A DNA stretch of 47,112 nt, taken from Spirogloea muscicola (taxonomy: Eukaryota). Where the stretch lies: contig WELB01000015.1 of the NCBI GenBank assembly GCA_009602725.1, positions 908,470-955,581 on the forward strand. The letters run 5' to 3'. Below are positions 22,180-35,400 of the stretch, in pieces (position 1 is the stretch's first letter; each line of letters begins with the position of its first letter). The notes under the pieces are model-generated. The model was not told the origin of the DNA and did not search any database. It saw nothing but the letters and a program-made list of their open reading frames with translations. A program made the position numbers and the translations under genes.

Positions 22180-23820
22180 CCTTAGACGTACATTTGTCCA
22201 ATGTGCTTGCCTTTGTACTTGGCCACACATGGCCTCCCCATCTCTTAATATACACGCATTTTCTTAGAGGACAACGCACTCACACAAACGCTAACACTTG
22301 TCGTCGTATACGAAGAAAACTATGATTTTCAAACAAAATCTGCTTGAAATAAAAAACGTTGTCAAATGTGTAGGAGCTGAGCTGGGTCTCCAGCTCAACC
22401 CATAGAAGTGCGCGCCCATAGAGAGAAGGCGCGCGGGGCGCATGAATTGAAAGGGAGGCCAATTCAAGCCAATACATTGTTCAGGCAGAGTCGAGTGCAG
22501 ACTAAACAAGGCTACATAATACGGAGACCAATCTAAGGTACCTAAGATGACATTAGTACCCACGGGTGAGCACAAACAAATCTGACAAGCTAACTTGGGG
22601 AGCCCATAGAGAAGAAGAAGGCTCGCCCATAGAGAAAGAGGGCTGGCAAGGCCAGCTTAAAAACAATGGACAATGTCTGAAGCCGAAGAGCTTTGGCTTG
22701 GGATGTCCATTCTTTTTGGTTTCTTAGCGCTTCCTCTGGCTTCCTCTGGCCCCCTTCTCGTTCTTTGTTCATTCTTTTTGGGCTGGCTTTGCCAGCCACT
22801 CTTCTCTATGGGCGAGCACATTCTTCTGAAGAGAGAGGTGCTGGAAAAAGAAGAAAGAGCTCGCCCTTTGAAAAGAGAGGGGGCTCGCCCATTGAGGATA
22901 GGGGCTGGAAAAGCCAGCCCAAAAAAGAATGAACAAAGTACGAGAAGGAAAGAGAAGGGGGGGGCCAGAGGAAGCGCTAAGAAAACAAAGCACACAAAGA
23001 AAGAAAGCAGCTGCAAATCACTCAGTAACCCCTGCTAAGCAGCCGCAAATCAGAGAGGCTAGGGTCCTGAAAGTGGGTCCCCCGGCCAGAGCCAGAGGCA
23101 GCAGCAAGAGCCCGGCCGGCACGAAGGTGCAGCGCACGGGCCATCGACCGCTGCAGCGAGACGGCCAGGCGCATGCCATACAAATGCGCCAGCAACCCTG
23201 CTGCAGGGAAGTCTACAGGCTCCCCATGGAAGCGACGGGCGATGGTGTGGCGGGCGAGCTGAGTGAGCAGCTCGAGCCACCGAGCGCCCAGCGCCCCATG
23301 GGTGTCTATGGCCAACGGGAAGAACTTGTCTGCCGGCGGATGGTCAGCGTATTTGAGCTCCTTGGCGCGAGCGGCGCCGGCGACCGAAAAGAAGAAAGAG
23401 CTCGCCCATTGAGGATAGGGGCTGGAACAGCCAGCCCAAAAAAGAATGAGCAGAGTACAAGAAGCCCAAGAAGAAGGGGGCCAGGCGAAGCACTAAGGAC
23501 CGAAAAGGACTACACAACCAAACAACACACTAGGGAAGCTCAGTACCCGCGAGTGAGCAACATCAGGTCAGATAGGTGTAGGCAGACCTCGACCTGTCCA
23601 GGGGACCCACTTCCAGGACCCTAGCATCTCTGATCTGCGGCTGCTCAGCAGGAATTACTGAGTCATTCGTAGCTGCTTTGTTTCTTCTTGTGCTTGTTTT
23701 TCTTAGCGCTTCCCCTGGCTCCCTTCTCGTACTTTGTCCATTCTTTTTTGGGCTGGCTGTTCCAGCCCCTATCCTCAATGGGCGAGCCCTCTCTATCCTC
23801 AATGGGCGAGCTCTCTTCCT
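22180..23820. mobile_element. Nest of retroelement fragments between GNAT and TMEM205
   Basis: Minus: terminal motif 22420-22575, UTR modules, and RLE C-terminus 23022-23385 (RRSQELKY..HPPADKFFPLAIDTHGALGARWLELL...LAVSLQRSMARAL). Plus-strand fragments at 22710-22830 and 23600-23820. Confidence 0.85.
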
Positions 23821-24304
23821 CGAAGCCTGTCACGTAGCGCTGACCCGTGGGGCGACCGCCACACGACTTTGACCGGGGCATTGACTTCCGTGGACCATCC
23901 ACGGTCAGCGCCTCTGGTCCGGTGCCCCGCCGGACGAGCTACACGTGGAAGTGTTAGCGTTGCACACGTGTCCTGACACTTGCCAAGGTGGCCCCCGTAC
24001 TCGTCGACGCGGGAGCAGCCGCCGCCGTCAGGGGTTATGGAACTTGGAATCTAGTTGCTAGAGTGGTAAATTCCACCCTCTATAGTGAAGCAAAATTGGG
24101 CATAAGGCACTGTATGTATATCCAATCACAGAAATGCAGAGGATTGGAAGACGGTTACCAGTACAGAACTACAGAAAGAAACTGAAAGCACAGAGCGAAC
24201 AAAGCTGCAGAGGCTTCGAAACAAGGCGAACGCTCAAATGAAGCGCGTATTGACAGCAAGATAGTTAGGCTTCGGTCGCGCGGCGCGGGGCCCGCGCGCG
24301 CCCC

Positions 24305-25478
24305 ATGGCGCGGGTCGGCTCCGCGCTGGCGGCCGCAGCGCTGGCCGCCACCGCCGCCGTGCTCTCCACCGACAGCCTGCGCGCCCGGGTGCTCGACCAC
24401 GCTCGCGCCTTCAGCGGCGAGGCCCCCGTCACCGTGAGCCCCGCCTTTCGCCCACTTGCCGCCGTTGCCAGCTTAGGACTCAGGGTCTAGGGTTTCGGGT
24501 AGAATTCAGGTCTAGGTTTAGGTTTTAGGGGTCCAGGGATTGTGCTTCAAGGGTTTAGGCTTTACCGCCGCCGAAGCCTGACCGCCGCCGGTTTCGTGCC
24601 CCGTACGCCGCTGCGCTGCCGGTGCTGGGCAGGTCGTCACCTTCCAGGAGCACCGAACCCTGGCTCTGCTGCGGCTGCTGCACCTCGTCGCCTTCGCCAC
24701 GGCTCTCGGGACAACCTACTGGGTGACTTTCGTCGGCGGCATCATCATGTTCCGGTGCGCCTGTTGGCCGGAACGACGCCGCTGCAGATTTCGCCTGAAC
24801 ACCGGGTTTTCCAGTCTTACTCTAGACCGTGAACTGTCGACCATTTCTTGAGTTACTTACTGCTACCTTGACCATATTGACAGCTAGACGAAGTCTGCCA
24901 TTCCGTACTCCCTACCCCTTACTACTGCTGCTACCGCAGGAACCTGCCCCGGCATCAGTTTGGGACGCTGCAGAGCAAGCTCTTTCCAGCCTACATTGCC
25001 ACACAGGCCGTGTGCGCCTGTGCTTGCATCGCCGTCTTCGCAGCACTCCACCCCGTCCGCGATTCGCAAGAGGCGCTGCAGCTCGCTGCTCTTGGCGTCG
25101 TTGCGGTGTGCTCGCTTTCGAATCTTGCCGTATTTGGGCCAGTGACCAGCAAGGTCAGCAGACCACCTCTGCATGCGATCAGCACCCTTGACTGACAGCG
25201 AGGTCAGCGCTGCATGCACATGGCTCACTCAAACCAGGTGGTTGACTGTGGTGTTCACGCAGATCACTCAGGAGCGGCACAAGGTGGAGCGGGAGGCTGG
25301 TATTGGACAGGAGGCTGGGCTTTCAAAGAATCGTGAGGTTGCCAAGACAAACCCGCAGCTTGCAGCACTTAACAGGAAGTTTGGCACATGGCACGGTCTG
25401 TCGTCTACAGTGAACATGATCTCGTTTGGTGCTCTGTGCGTCCACCTGTGGTACCTGGCCTGCCGCCTCCTCGTCTGA
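24305..25478 (+). CDS. TMEM205-like (DUF4149) membrane protein, 4 exons
   Basis: Exons 24305-24433, 24633-24754, 24940-25153, 25263-25478. Motifs LLHLVAFATALGTTYWVTFVGGIIMFRNLPRHQFGTLQSKLFPAY and LNRKFGTWHGLSSTVN. Confidence 0.9.
24474..24560. repeat. Degenerate (TTTAGGG)n-like tract in TMEM205 intron 1
   Basis: tcagggtctagggtttcgggt...tctaggtttaggttttagggg...agggtttagg. Confidence 0.7.
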
Positions 25479-25623
25479 GAACCACCCACTGGCCACCACT
25501 AGTACAGCTTGTCCTCAAGGACTCACATAAATTGTTTAATTGAGCCCATTTTATATGCACATTGTGAGATCTATGAGAGCAATCAGGAGCAAGTTTTGAG
25601 CATGCCTGTAAGTGCGGTGGCCA

Positions 25624-28600
25624 TCAAGAAGCCTTTGTGCTACATGAAGAGCAGAACCAGTCCTCCTGGGGGACTGTCTTGAGTGGCGGCGTTAGGCAGT
25701 GGATGTGCACAGCCAGGCTGCAGCCACGCCCGCGATCATCCCCGCAGAGGATCATGATGTCCTCGTCGTCTGTGCGGTGGCACTTAGTGCAGGCTATTGA
25801 GTCAACTTTCGCCCTGTTCTTGTCATTGCACGTGCCAGGCTCACCGTGTCCATCTCCTGCCTGGGCTGCAGCTGCAGCTGCTGCAGCTCTCCTTGAACCA
25901 GAAGCCCTTGCCGACTTGCTCCTGCGCTTGCCTTGTTTTGTAGTTGCTTGTAGCAGTCCGACCACCTCAGGCTTTGACGCTTGTTCGCTGCCTGCAACAT
26001 CCAACTGCTGCTTGCTGCTACAGGCAGCAGGTCCTGCACCCGACTTGATACTCTCTGCCACCCTTGTTCCAACCTTTGCGAGGGCCTTCTCCACGGCTGG
26101 CCTTGACTCAAAGAGGATGAGTCTGCACAAACCATGTATTTAAGATTGCCTTTTAAATGCCTGTGAATGTCAAAGCAAACATCGTCCCCTAAATACAAGT
26201 ATGCCCCCATATTGTTTTGCTATGTAAAGAGCAAACACTCGGTGCTTGTATGTGGACAATGAACAGCTATGGTGGCTTATCATAAGTGTGATAGCAGAAT
26301 ATGCATTGCTTGTCAGCTTGGCCTTGAGGGCAATTCTCAAAGGGCAGGAAGCCCTCATACCTCACGGGGATTTCTCCACCCTTGGCAATGAGCTCCACAA
26401 GGAAGTCAGGTGCGACACAGCCCACACCAGCATCCAGCAGCCTTATGACCCACGGGTCTTCTCGACTGATGGCAGGGCCGATGATGGCGAGGTCGAGGCC
26501 ACCTGCAATGGCCCGTGCAAACGGTGGGCCAGTGCCTACCACCACGCCATTGCCTGCTGTGATGCCCCTGACCAGGATACCCTGCACAACACGTCAGCAA
26601 TGAGGCTGTCAAAACACTTCTCAGTAGGCAAATGACGTTGTTTTGCAAAGCTTCAAATCAACCTGGCGAGAAGAGCTATACATAATCATCAAACCTTAAT
26701 CAGCGCATGCTAGCGCAGACAAGGAGTAACCACTAGGTGTAAATCAGTGAACACAGTAAGCAGGCTTGATAATGTGACTATTGTGCCAAATACATCATGC
26801 CCGCCGACTCTGAAGTGCTCCCTCCTGGGCACTGTGCGCTCTACTCATGCATTGGTCTTTAAGTTACAGATATGCTTGTCGATGCACATTAATCAATGTG
26901 ATCTGGATCACCAGGTGACTTAATCTGTGAGCTACTTACAGTGGGTGGCGAGACAAGGTCCCCATGAACGACAGCTTTCAGATCTTGAAATGCTGCACAG
27001 CTTGAGACCTGGCGCTGTTCTCTCCAGCACCGTGCAGCAGCCAACTGTATAGACCCATCCTCATTAGCACCATCGCCAAACCATTCATGATCCAACTCAG
27101 CAACGAAGTTATTAGCTGCTAGGCTTGCGTCAAGGTATGATGGTTTCAGCAGCCACCTACACTCGCATCAGCAATAAGCTTTAGCAACAGTACTGATGGT
27201 CAACAACACATGAAGTAAAACATGTCAAGATCATCAGTTCATATACTATTTCCTTTGTCTTCCTGAGCAGGCTTCTGACAGTGCATTACTCTCAAGTATG
27301 TGCAGCATGTGTTCCTTAAACCAAGCATCAGACGTAGTGGGTTGCAGGGCAGGGTAGCGACAGGGCGGGCAGGAAGCTGCAAAGCAAGCGGAGGCATCAT
27401 CAAGTGTACATAAAGAAATAGCAAAGCTACACAGGTGCCAATACCTGCCTGCAGCTGCACCAGCAAAGAACTTCTCAGTGCGTCGCAGGGGCTCCGGCAG
27501 GATGACATGCGTTGTTCTCTCATCCCACTGCTGCTGATCACGACACAGCTTCCCTCCTAGCTTCTTGATAATACCCTCATACCTGCTCTTGATTGCTGAC
27601 CTGCCTCCAAGTGCAAACCAGCGAACACACTGCTGCAGTGAACAGGTTAATCTGTCTGGCAGAGCCTTATCCGGACCTACAGTGTCTGAACCACAGAATT
27701 TATCCTCTGCTGATGTAGACACAATGTGCTCTTGCTCAAGTCCCTGCCTTGATTCTGCATTACTCCTGCTAGTCAGATTGTCCTTCTTTGTTGGCTGACC
27801 ACAATCGGGCCTGGCTTTCCGAGTTGCTATATAGCTAAAATGCAAATGACTGCTGGTACTCAGCGTAGCAGTGACTCTGTTGTCTGCTTCGCCAGATTGC
27901 TCCGAAACAGTACTACTATCAATGTCAGCCTTGTCAATGGAAGCTTGATGAGCACCAACGTCACTGTGACCGACTACCAGAGTTTCTCCGGGGAGCTGAG
28001 GCCTTCTGCGCTTCAAAGTGGGGTGACGACGACGGGACAGTGGAGAATTCACAGGAAAGCCCTTATTAACCCCTTCTTGAGGAGCACTTACAAAGGCTGA
28101 GTCCTCTGCAAAGAGCTTGTGAATTGACGTGTCACCTGCTCTGCCTTCGGTGTCCTGGTCGGCGTCTTGGCTAGAACTGCGACTCTGGCAGCGCTTCCTT
28201 CCCAAGTTGACGCCAACATTGCATCCTTTCCTCTCTAGAGGCTCATGTAAGACCTCATCCTCAATGTTGGCCTCCTGCCCCTGCAACTTGCCCTCAGCAG
28301 AATGGTACGCTTGAGGTTGGACAGGTGAGCCAACAACCTCTTCTTTGCTGCTTCCCGCATCAGGCATGTGCAGCATTGATTGTACTCCTGTCAGGCTGTC
28401 ACCTGCTTGCCGAAATGATAGTGTATCTCTGTCGTCCTTGGAGCACCACAGAGCGGCTCCATCACCTTCAGACCTGCTGCCAAGATTCTTGCTAGCTAGA
28501 CCAAAGCCGATATCCCTGCTGTTGACGCCGGCCTTGAGGGCCCTCTCGGTCTCGCTTGCATCGCGGGTGTACACGAGCCACTCATCGTCACGATTCACTT

Positions 28601-31571
28601 GCCTCCACCTCCCTGACCGCGCCGCTGACTTTGAGGGGGCAGGTATGCCCACTTGCTTGGCAGACTCCTGAGCACAACCTGCCTCGGAACCCTGCTGTTG
28701 TCTGTTGACCTGGTCACCACCTCTCCCTCTTTCTTGCTCAGCCTTCTCACTGAACAAATTACTGGTGATACTCTGGATGTTCCGAAGCCGACCAACTTGC
28801 TTGTCATCGACAACACTGCCTGTGGCAATACAATGATTAACCTGCCTAGCACCGAGCAGATCACTTTCATTCCGCCTGTCACCAATCAAGGCTTCTTGGT
28901 GGCGAGGGGCCTGTTTGAAGGCAGAAGCTTGGCATGTACTTGTGGACTGCTTTGCTGCTGTGGAGCTAGGTGTTGAAAACAGCGGGTCACAGGGCCTTGT
29001 AGTCGACGCGCCTGCATCCACGTGCTTCTCAAGCACAGAAACAGAGGGCACTGACTCGACTTCCCCCTGCTCAGTTGTCACCGCTTCGTCAGGTTCGTCT
29101 TCTGGCTGAGTGAGAGCGTCCAAGTCCACAACAGCTGCTGCTCCTGCAGCTGTTCTTGTAATTTCCACAGCCATGCCAACAGCAGCTTCACAGTTGTTCG
29201 TGTCCTTCGCAGCATCTGCGTCTTCACGATCTAGAGGCATCCTGTCTGAGCCTCCAGCGACCAGCTGTGCTGCCTCTGCCTCGGTCTTGAGGACATCATC
29301 ACCACTGCCAGCAGGAGAACAGCAGACTGGGTGACTGCAAAATAGCAGCTCTGTAGTTGTCAACGTCTTACCTACACTCATTTGCATCATAGATTGTGGG
29401 TTGAGCAATCTAGAAGTGGGCCCATACCTTGCACAGTAGTTATCAGGCAGAAGCAATTCCCAGAAGCGCAAGCTGCTTGCAGAGTTGCAACAATCTGTCA
29501 TGTTCCGATTGTAGTGTGTTTGCATGCATGCAAATGGTTGTGTCTAGGCCAAATGTATTGCAATTCTACACAATGATGCTGCACATGTAAGTGCTGAGCA
29601 TGGCATAAATACTGTCACAGAGCTTGAAAAATGATTGCTAGTGCATAAGCTGCTCACCAGTCTTCAAGCCAGAGATGATTAATAATTACAATGCGACCTG
29701 TCTTCACAGCCAAGTTGTACTTCTCACCTGGGAATCAGCAGCGCCAATTATCTGTTAGACGATATTGTAGCAATACCAAAAACAGCAGCCATCCCAATTA
29801 GGCACCAACTCGATTGCTAGCACGACAATTTGTGGAGGACATGTAATGCATCTGATCTCCCAGCCCTCCAAGCCTGAGGCTAAAGTTGCTGCAGCAGGGG
29901 TGGGTAGCGAAGGTGCGGCAGAGACCTTCAAATTTACAGCAGATCAGGTGAGTGACACGATTGGCATGAAGTTGCTTGGAGAATGTAGCCCCCATCATCT
30001 CTGCCAAGAGCTACACAAGGAAGAGCAGACAGATATAGTTAGATGTGGCAAGATGTGCAGCATTTTGCATGGCTGCCCTGGAACTTTGAGCATGCAGTGT
30101 CCCGCCGTTGGGTCGAAGCGCAAATAGCAAGCTTGAGCAGCTGCTAATTGCAGTAGCTCATGAAGTCGTTATCAATGATCCAACAGAACTGGCTCCAGAT
30201 TGTTGTCAATGCTCAATCTGGTTGCTTGCTCAATTTGGTTGCTTCCGGTATGTATGTGGGCCAACTACTGACCGGTTACACCCAGGGCTAGGAAACTGGC
30301 TCTTACATTCAGGGCTGAGTGGACATTGTTAATTACAGTGACCTTCAGGACTTTCTTGTCGGAGGCCCGAGTGAAAGCCTAACAAATAAGAGCAAGGTCA
30401 ATCTGAACGAAAGTTGTCATCGACTCGTCCGCAAGCCTAGTGTGCTAGAGGAGGTCTAATGAATCAAGAGAATGAGACGGGAGCAGACCATGATGTCACG
30501 GCGGAGCTTGCCCTGGTATCCAGTGAGGGAGATAACAAGCTCAGATGCGGAAGGAATGCCTTTGATGTCCTTCACAGGCTGGTACAGAACCTGCACCACC
30601 AGCAGGGAACCTTGCGTGCAGCACTTAGCAGGCCTTTTCAGCACCGTCCCTAAGAACAGCAAAGCAATGCTGCAACTTTGCATCTGCTGTAAGACACGTT
30701 CTTGGAGTGATGCAATTGACCTCATTCTGTTCTTTGTGATGCAAATGGCATTGTGGTGCTCACCTTGCCAGGAGTAATTGCCATCTTGGCAGTCAAGCAG
30801 TCCTCTAGCCATCGGTTGGTCACCAGCACCTTTCCATCCTTCTTGGCTGCCATGCAGATAGGATCACCCTACGCAGACCAAGAGATGCCAGCTTGTCGTC
30901 AAGGAAGGGCTTTGGATATGCAATCATCTATGGACATGGCTTGTAGAATCAGTGTGCTACTTGTTCCTACTCGCACTGTTGTGAGCATAGGATGTGTCAC
31001 ACAAAGTATTCTGATTGTATGCAGGCTGAAGGAATCCTACCAGAGCAAGGTTGAAAACGATCACGTGAGAGCACGCCGTATCATATCTGCTCAGCACGTT
31101 GCCCCCATGCTCCCTGATCGTTGCAGCCACCTGGATGCACTTATGCAATGAGTTGCGCCTGGCACTAAAATAGGAGCCTATACAGTGCTTCACATTAGTC
31201 GATGACCACGTCTCTCCTTGACTCATGCATAGGCTTAACACGGTAGTCGGTCATATCAGGCTCGACAAATGACCTTGCAAACGTCTACTTCTCAAGCATC
31301 ACAAGCTGAAGGTGTTCTACTAGCACCAATCGACAGTGCAGTGGGCAAGGCTCAGCGCTCGGGACGCCGCGGGCGCAGCTCGGCGCAATGGTGAGGATGA
31401 AGAAGGCGGACGCTGGGAGCCAAGCATCGTGGAGAGGCTGGCTGGGCGGCCCTGCAGCACCTGGCGCTCCGTCAGCTCGGTGAAGCCCGCCAGCACGGCC
31501 GTGACGCCGCGGAAGACGGCCCCGCCGTCGGCGGCGGCGGCGGCGGCGGCGGGCGCTGCCGGAGCAGCCAT
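25624..31571 (-). CDS. BRCT-domain protein (At4g02110/BCP1-like) with C-terminal PHD finger, ~11 exons
   Basis: N-terminal BRCT pair (FRGVTAVLAGF, DPICMAAKKDGKVLVTNRWLEDC, LYQPVKDIKGIP, LTGYQGKLRRDIM, ANRVTHLICCKFEGEKY). Long disordered exon ~29305-27445. C-terminal BRCT pair (TTHVILPEPLRRTEKFFAGAAAGRW). PHD CTKC...LCGDDRGRGCSLAVHIHC...WFCSSC. In-frame upstream ATGs near 31634/31646 are alternative starts. Confidence 0.9.
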
Positions 31572-32409
31572 CGGGCGGAACGGCGGCGGCGGGCTGAGGC
31601 CGTCGGCGCTGAGGACAGCGGCGGCGACTGCCATGGCGATGACCATGGCGATGGGTGTAGGCAATCCCCACCGTCCTGCCTCGGGGGATTTCCACTGGCG
31701 CAAATCGGTAGTGGCGCAGCCATGTCGGGAGGTCCAGCGTCTCGTCAAAATGCCCCGACAATTTACAGATAGGGAGCTGGGGAGAGGCGGGCCCGAGAGA
31801 CGCCGCCTAAAACCATCATCAAGCGGCACAAGACTATTGCATTGCATTTTCCCCGCTTGAGACTGTCCAACTTCTGCACAAACCGGCCGAGCAAACTTCT
31901 TGTCAATCCACTCCCGAGGTGTAAGCCCCCGGGGGTCATTCGACCTTCCCGCCCGAACCATTACGATTTCAGAGAACGAGCAAATTTTCTCCGAAACCGC
32001 TGCCGCCCCCGCTGCCGCCGCCGCCGCCGCCGTCGCCGCAGCCGCCGCCGCCGCCGCCGCCGTCGCCGTAGCTCTCGGAGCGTCCGCAGGTGATTTAGCG
32101 GCAAGAGGCGCGGCTAACGTCAAGGCGCGTCCCGCGAGGCTGGCAAGAACCGGGGCTCTGGACAGAAGCTTGGCTGTGGAGGCCAGTCGTGCCGCTGCCA
32201 GACCTCGTTACCGAGGAGGTGTTGCTCACAGAGGTGGTGGCGCGCATGATGGGGACGGAGTTTACACGAGGCGCAGCGCAAGCTCTCTGTAGTGGAGTCT
32301 CTTGTTGGCGGCTATAGCAAGCTCAAGCCGGGCTCTCCAACTGTCCTGAAATGTGACATGAAGTTTCAGCAGAGTGTAGCATAGCTCGCCAGAGGCAGTC
32401 CTCTTTACC

Positions 32410-35400
32410 ATGGTGATGGCGGCTGACTTCAGCTCAAAAGATGGAGACACAGTAGGAGTGCAGAAGGGAGGTAATAAGCACGCCGAGGATGCGGTACGTT
32501 CTCCAGTGACTCCAACTAGTGTGCTACTGCTGTTTCGCGTAAGAACATGTCCTGGGGCAGATCGTCAGGGAAGAAATGAAAGGAATGTCACTAGTCCTTG
32601 TGAGCAATACTACTTGCTTCTGCAGGTGACAGCCATCCTGAGAGTACCAACTAATTGTCCTGAGTGTAGCCAAGCACTAGCTGTCAAGTGTGCTGGCCTT
32701 GGTGCAGTCCTTGTATTTGTACTAGCCAAGATCGTCAAAGATGCATCGCAAGTTGATTACAGCTCTCATCACTGTGACATCTCACATCAAAGATGGCAAT
32801 CACAATTTGAATCTGCAGTTGAGGTCCACAGGAGAGCAGGGTTGTCAAGTGAATGCCAAACCGATAGGGCAGAGCATGATGATGATAGAAGCTGATATAT
32901 CTGTCAATATTGCAGTTATGCATTATGGAGGAGATTCTCGCTGCCATGATCAATATCAGAGGGAAATACTTTGCAGAGACTAACAGTACTCTGGTGTTTG
33001 ACCCAGACAGCTCCTTTGAAATGTCTGTCCAGGTATGCCATCGGCTAAGACTATAAGCATCTGCTGCTGCAGCTTATCTTGTGGACACAAGCCTCACGAT
33101 GTTTTCCAAGTTATAGCTGCTCATGTGCATGATTTTGACAACTGAGGGATCTGCGATACACTGCTGCATTTGCTCCAATGGTTGATGCTTGCTGGTGGTT
33201 GCTATAACAGGAGGTGGTGAGGCGAGTAATGCCCTTGTGTCAAAATCACAAAGCAATTGTTGAATTCGTTAAAGCTCGACTTGGCTTTGAATACGGCCTT
33301 GTAAGCCGTGCTCTCGCTTCAGCACTTGACAGATTCTTGAAGGTAATCTGTAACCTTGAATCACTGATGTAGATGTCACTATCTCCTCATTGCTGTTGTC
33401 TGTTTCCTGGGTACAGCATGCCTTTGCTGGCATACTACTGTCGAGTCTAATCTCGACGTGTCTGTGAAGTTATGAAAGAAGGGCAACTTTAGCATTATAT
33501 CGCATCATAAGCAAGGCCTATAAACTTTAGGCTTGGTCCTTGCTGGATCTGAGGTGTGTGATCACGTTGTCTGCTTTTCGCTGTTTATTTGTAGGACTTC
33601 AATGTCACAGTAGCCCAGTTGGAACACCAGCTTAAGATTGGGAAGCTCTCGCTGCAAAGGTTGTGGCTGTATTGTCAGGTGAATATGCGGCAGCCACCTA
33701 TGAGACCCGCATAGTTGATGCTTGTCACTTCCTTTGAGCGACTTTGCATTAGACCAGCGAAGCTGCTTCGGGCTTATGGATGTGTCTAACTTGCAGAAGA
33801 TGTCATCATTCACATGCCACCTGCAAATGATGCTACCTGTCATTGAGTCATTCCTGTCCTGCACCAGCCTGTCATTCAGCCTATGAGACTCCTAGCCGAG
33901 CTTGTCACAACCATCAACGAAGAGTCACTCTTTGGTGCAGCCATTCTGAACCTCCTTCGGCACCAGGCATGGGCTTCCAACCCTTACTGCAAGTAGCAGC
34001 GTTACTTGGAGTCAGCCTCCTCAGTGCTTCCTTAAATCCATGTTGGAAAAGCTGCTAGGAGCAAGGCATATAGTCGCCATTGCTTGATCAACCCTTTATA
34101 CTAAATGAGCTGCTAATCACCAGTATGTCATAGGCTCTGAGCTCAAGCTGGGTTAAGCTGCTGCACTCGTTCAGGCATACCAAAGGCAGTGGGTCTGCCA
34201 GACTGCTTGCTTGCGGAGTTACTGGAGGCTTCCCTGGAAGGATTTTTCAAAAACTAATTCCTCATCGTTTGACTGCTACTGCCCCCCAGGTGATGCTCTT
34301 AGGAGGTGACAAAAGTGCAAGGGATCTGCTACAAGGCTTGCTTTTTGCATCAAGTATGCCTTACTTCCATTCATTGCAGAGGTGAATTGTGGTTCTTTTC
34401 CTCCCCAGCACCGTTTTCATCATGGGCTTGTAATGCTCATAGAGCGGTACTTGCTCAAAGTTGTCAGCATTGCTGATCAGGAATCGCTCGATGCTCAGGC
34501 ATAGAGCTCAAAGTCTTTATAAGCACGCACAAGGCTATGGAATTTAAGAATGGATTGAATTGACCATTGGACTAGCTCAGCAGGATTGGTACATTGTCGA
34601 AGTACACGAGCATGTACAAGCATTGGGCATGCTGTTATTTTGATAGGTGGGTATGTGAGGGTGTCATTGATGATCCTGAAGGAGAATTTCTCATCGAAGA
34701 GGACCAAGCTATTGGAAAGGTGAAGGTGTGAACAGAGAAAGGATCTGGTGATCAATGAAGCTGATTCATATCTGCCAAAGACTCCACAGTATCATATCCC
34801 TTCATGTATGGTTAGCTTTTGTCATCATCTCCTTAGAGTTGGTCTACTACACATATGCTTCAGTGTATCTGAAAGTGTCTCGCCTTTCTGCTGACATCTA
34901 CTAGGACGTTTCAGAAGAGGAGACTTCTGCACAGTACTGGCGAGGACGTTATAAGCTAAAGTCAGAGATGCCCGTATTTCTCGCATCCTCTGCTGAGCTC
35001 ATCCTTACAACTGGAAAGTACCTGAACGCCCTTCAAGAATGTGGAGAGCCGGTTAAGGTACCTGACCATAGCCTGGATTGCCGCATCTCACTGGGAAGCG
35101 GAGCAGGGGTTTGCAGTGCCTAGATACTTATGCTGGCGCATTGCTCAGAAGTGTATGTGACATGTTTTTAGACCAATTATTGCCGCAAACGTCCGCAATG
35201 TCTCAGGCTCCCTCGTCGGAGGGCTTGGTAATGGGACGCAGTGACTGGGAAAGAGTCTACCTAGAACAACTGCATGTAGCACATGCAACGGCTAGCCAAG
35301 CCTTGGTTGATGTCATTGTAAAGAAAGTAAGATCTCAATATTCCTCGAAATTATTCTCAGTAAGCCAGATGCTACAGTCTTGCAATGTTGATATTTTGGT

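Noticed and set aside
27246..29525. 759-aa ORF as an independent gene
   Set aside because: It is the large internal exon of the BRCT-PHD gene plus read-through into flanking introns.
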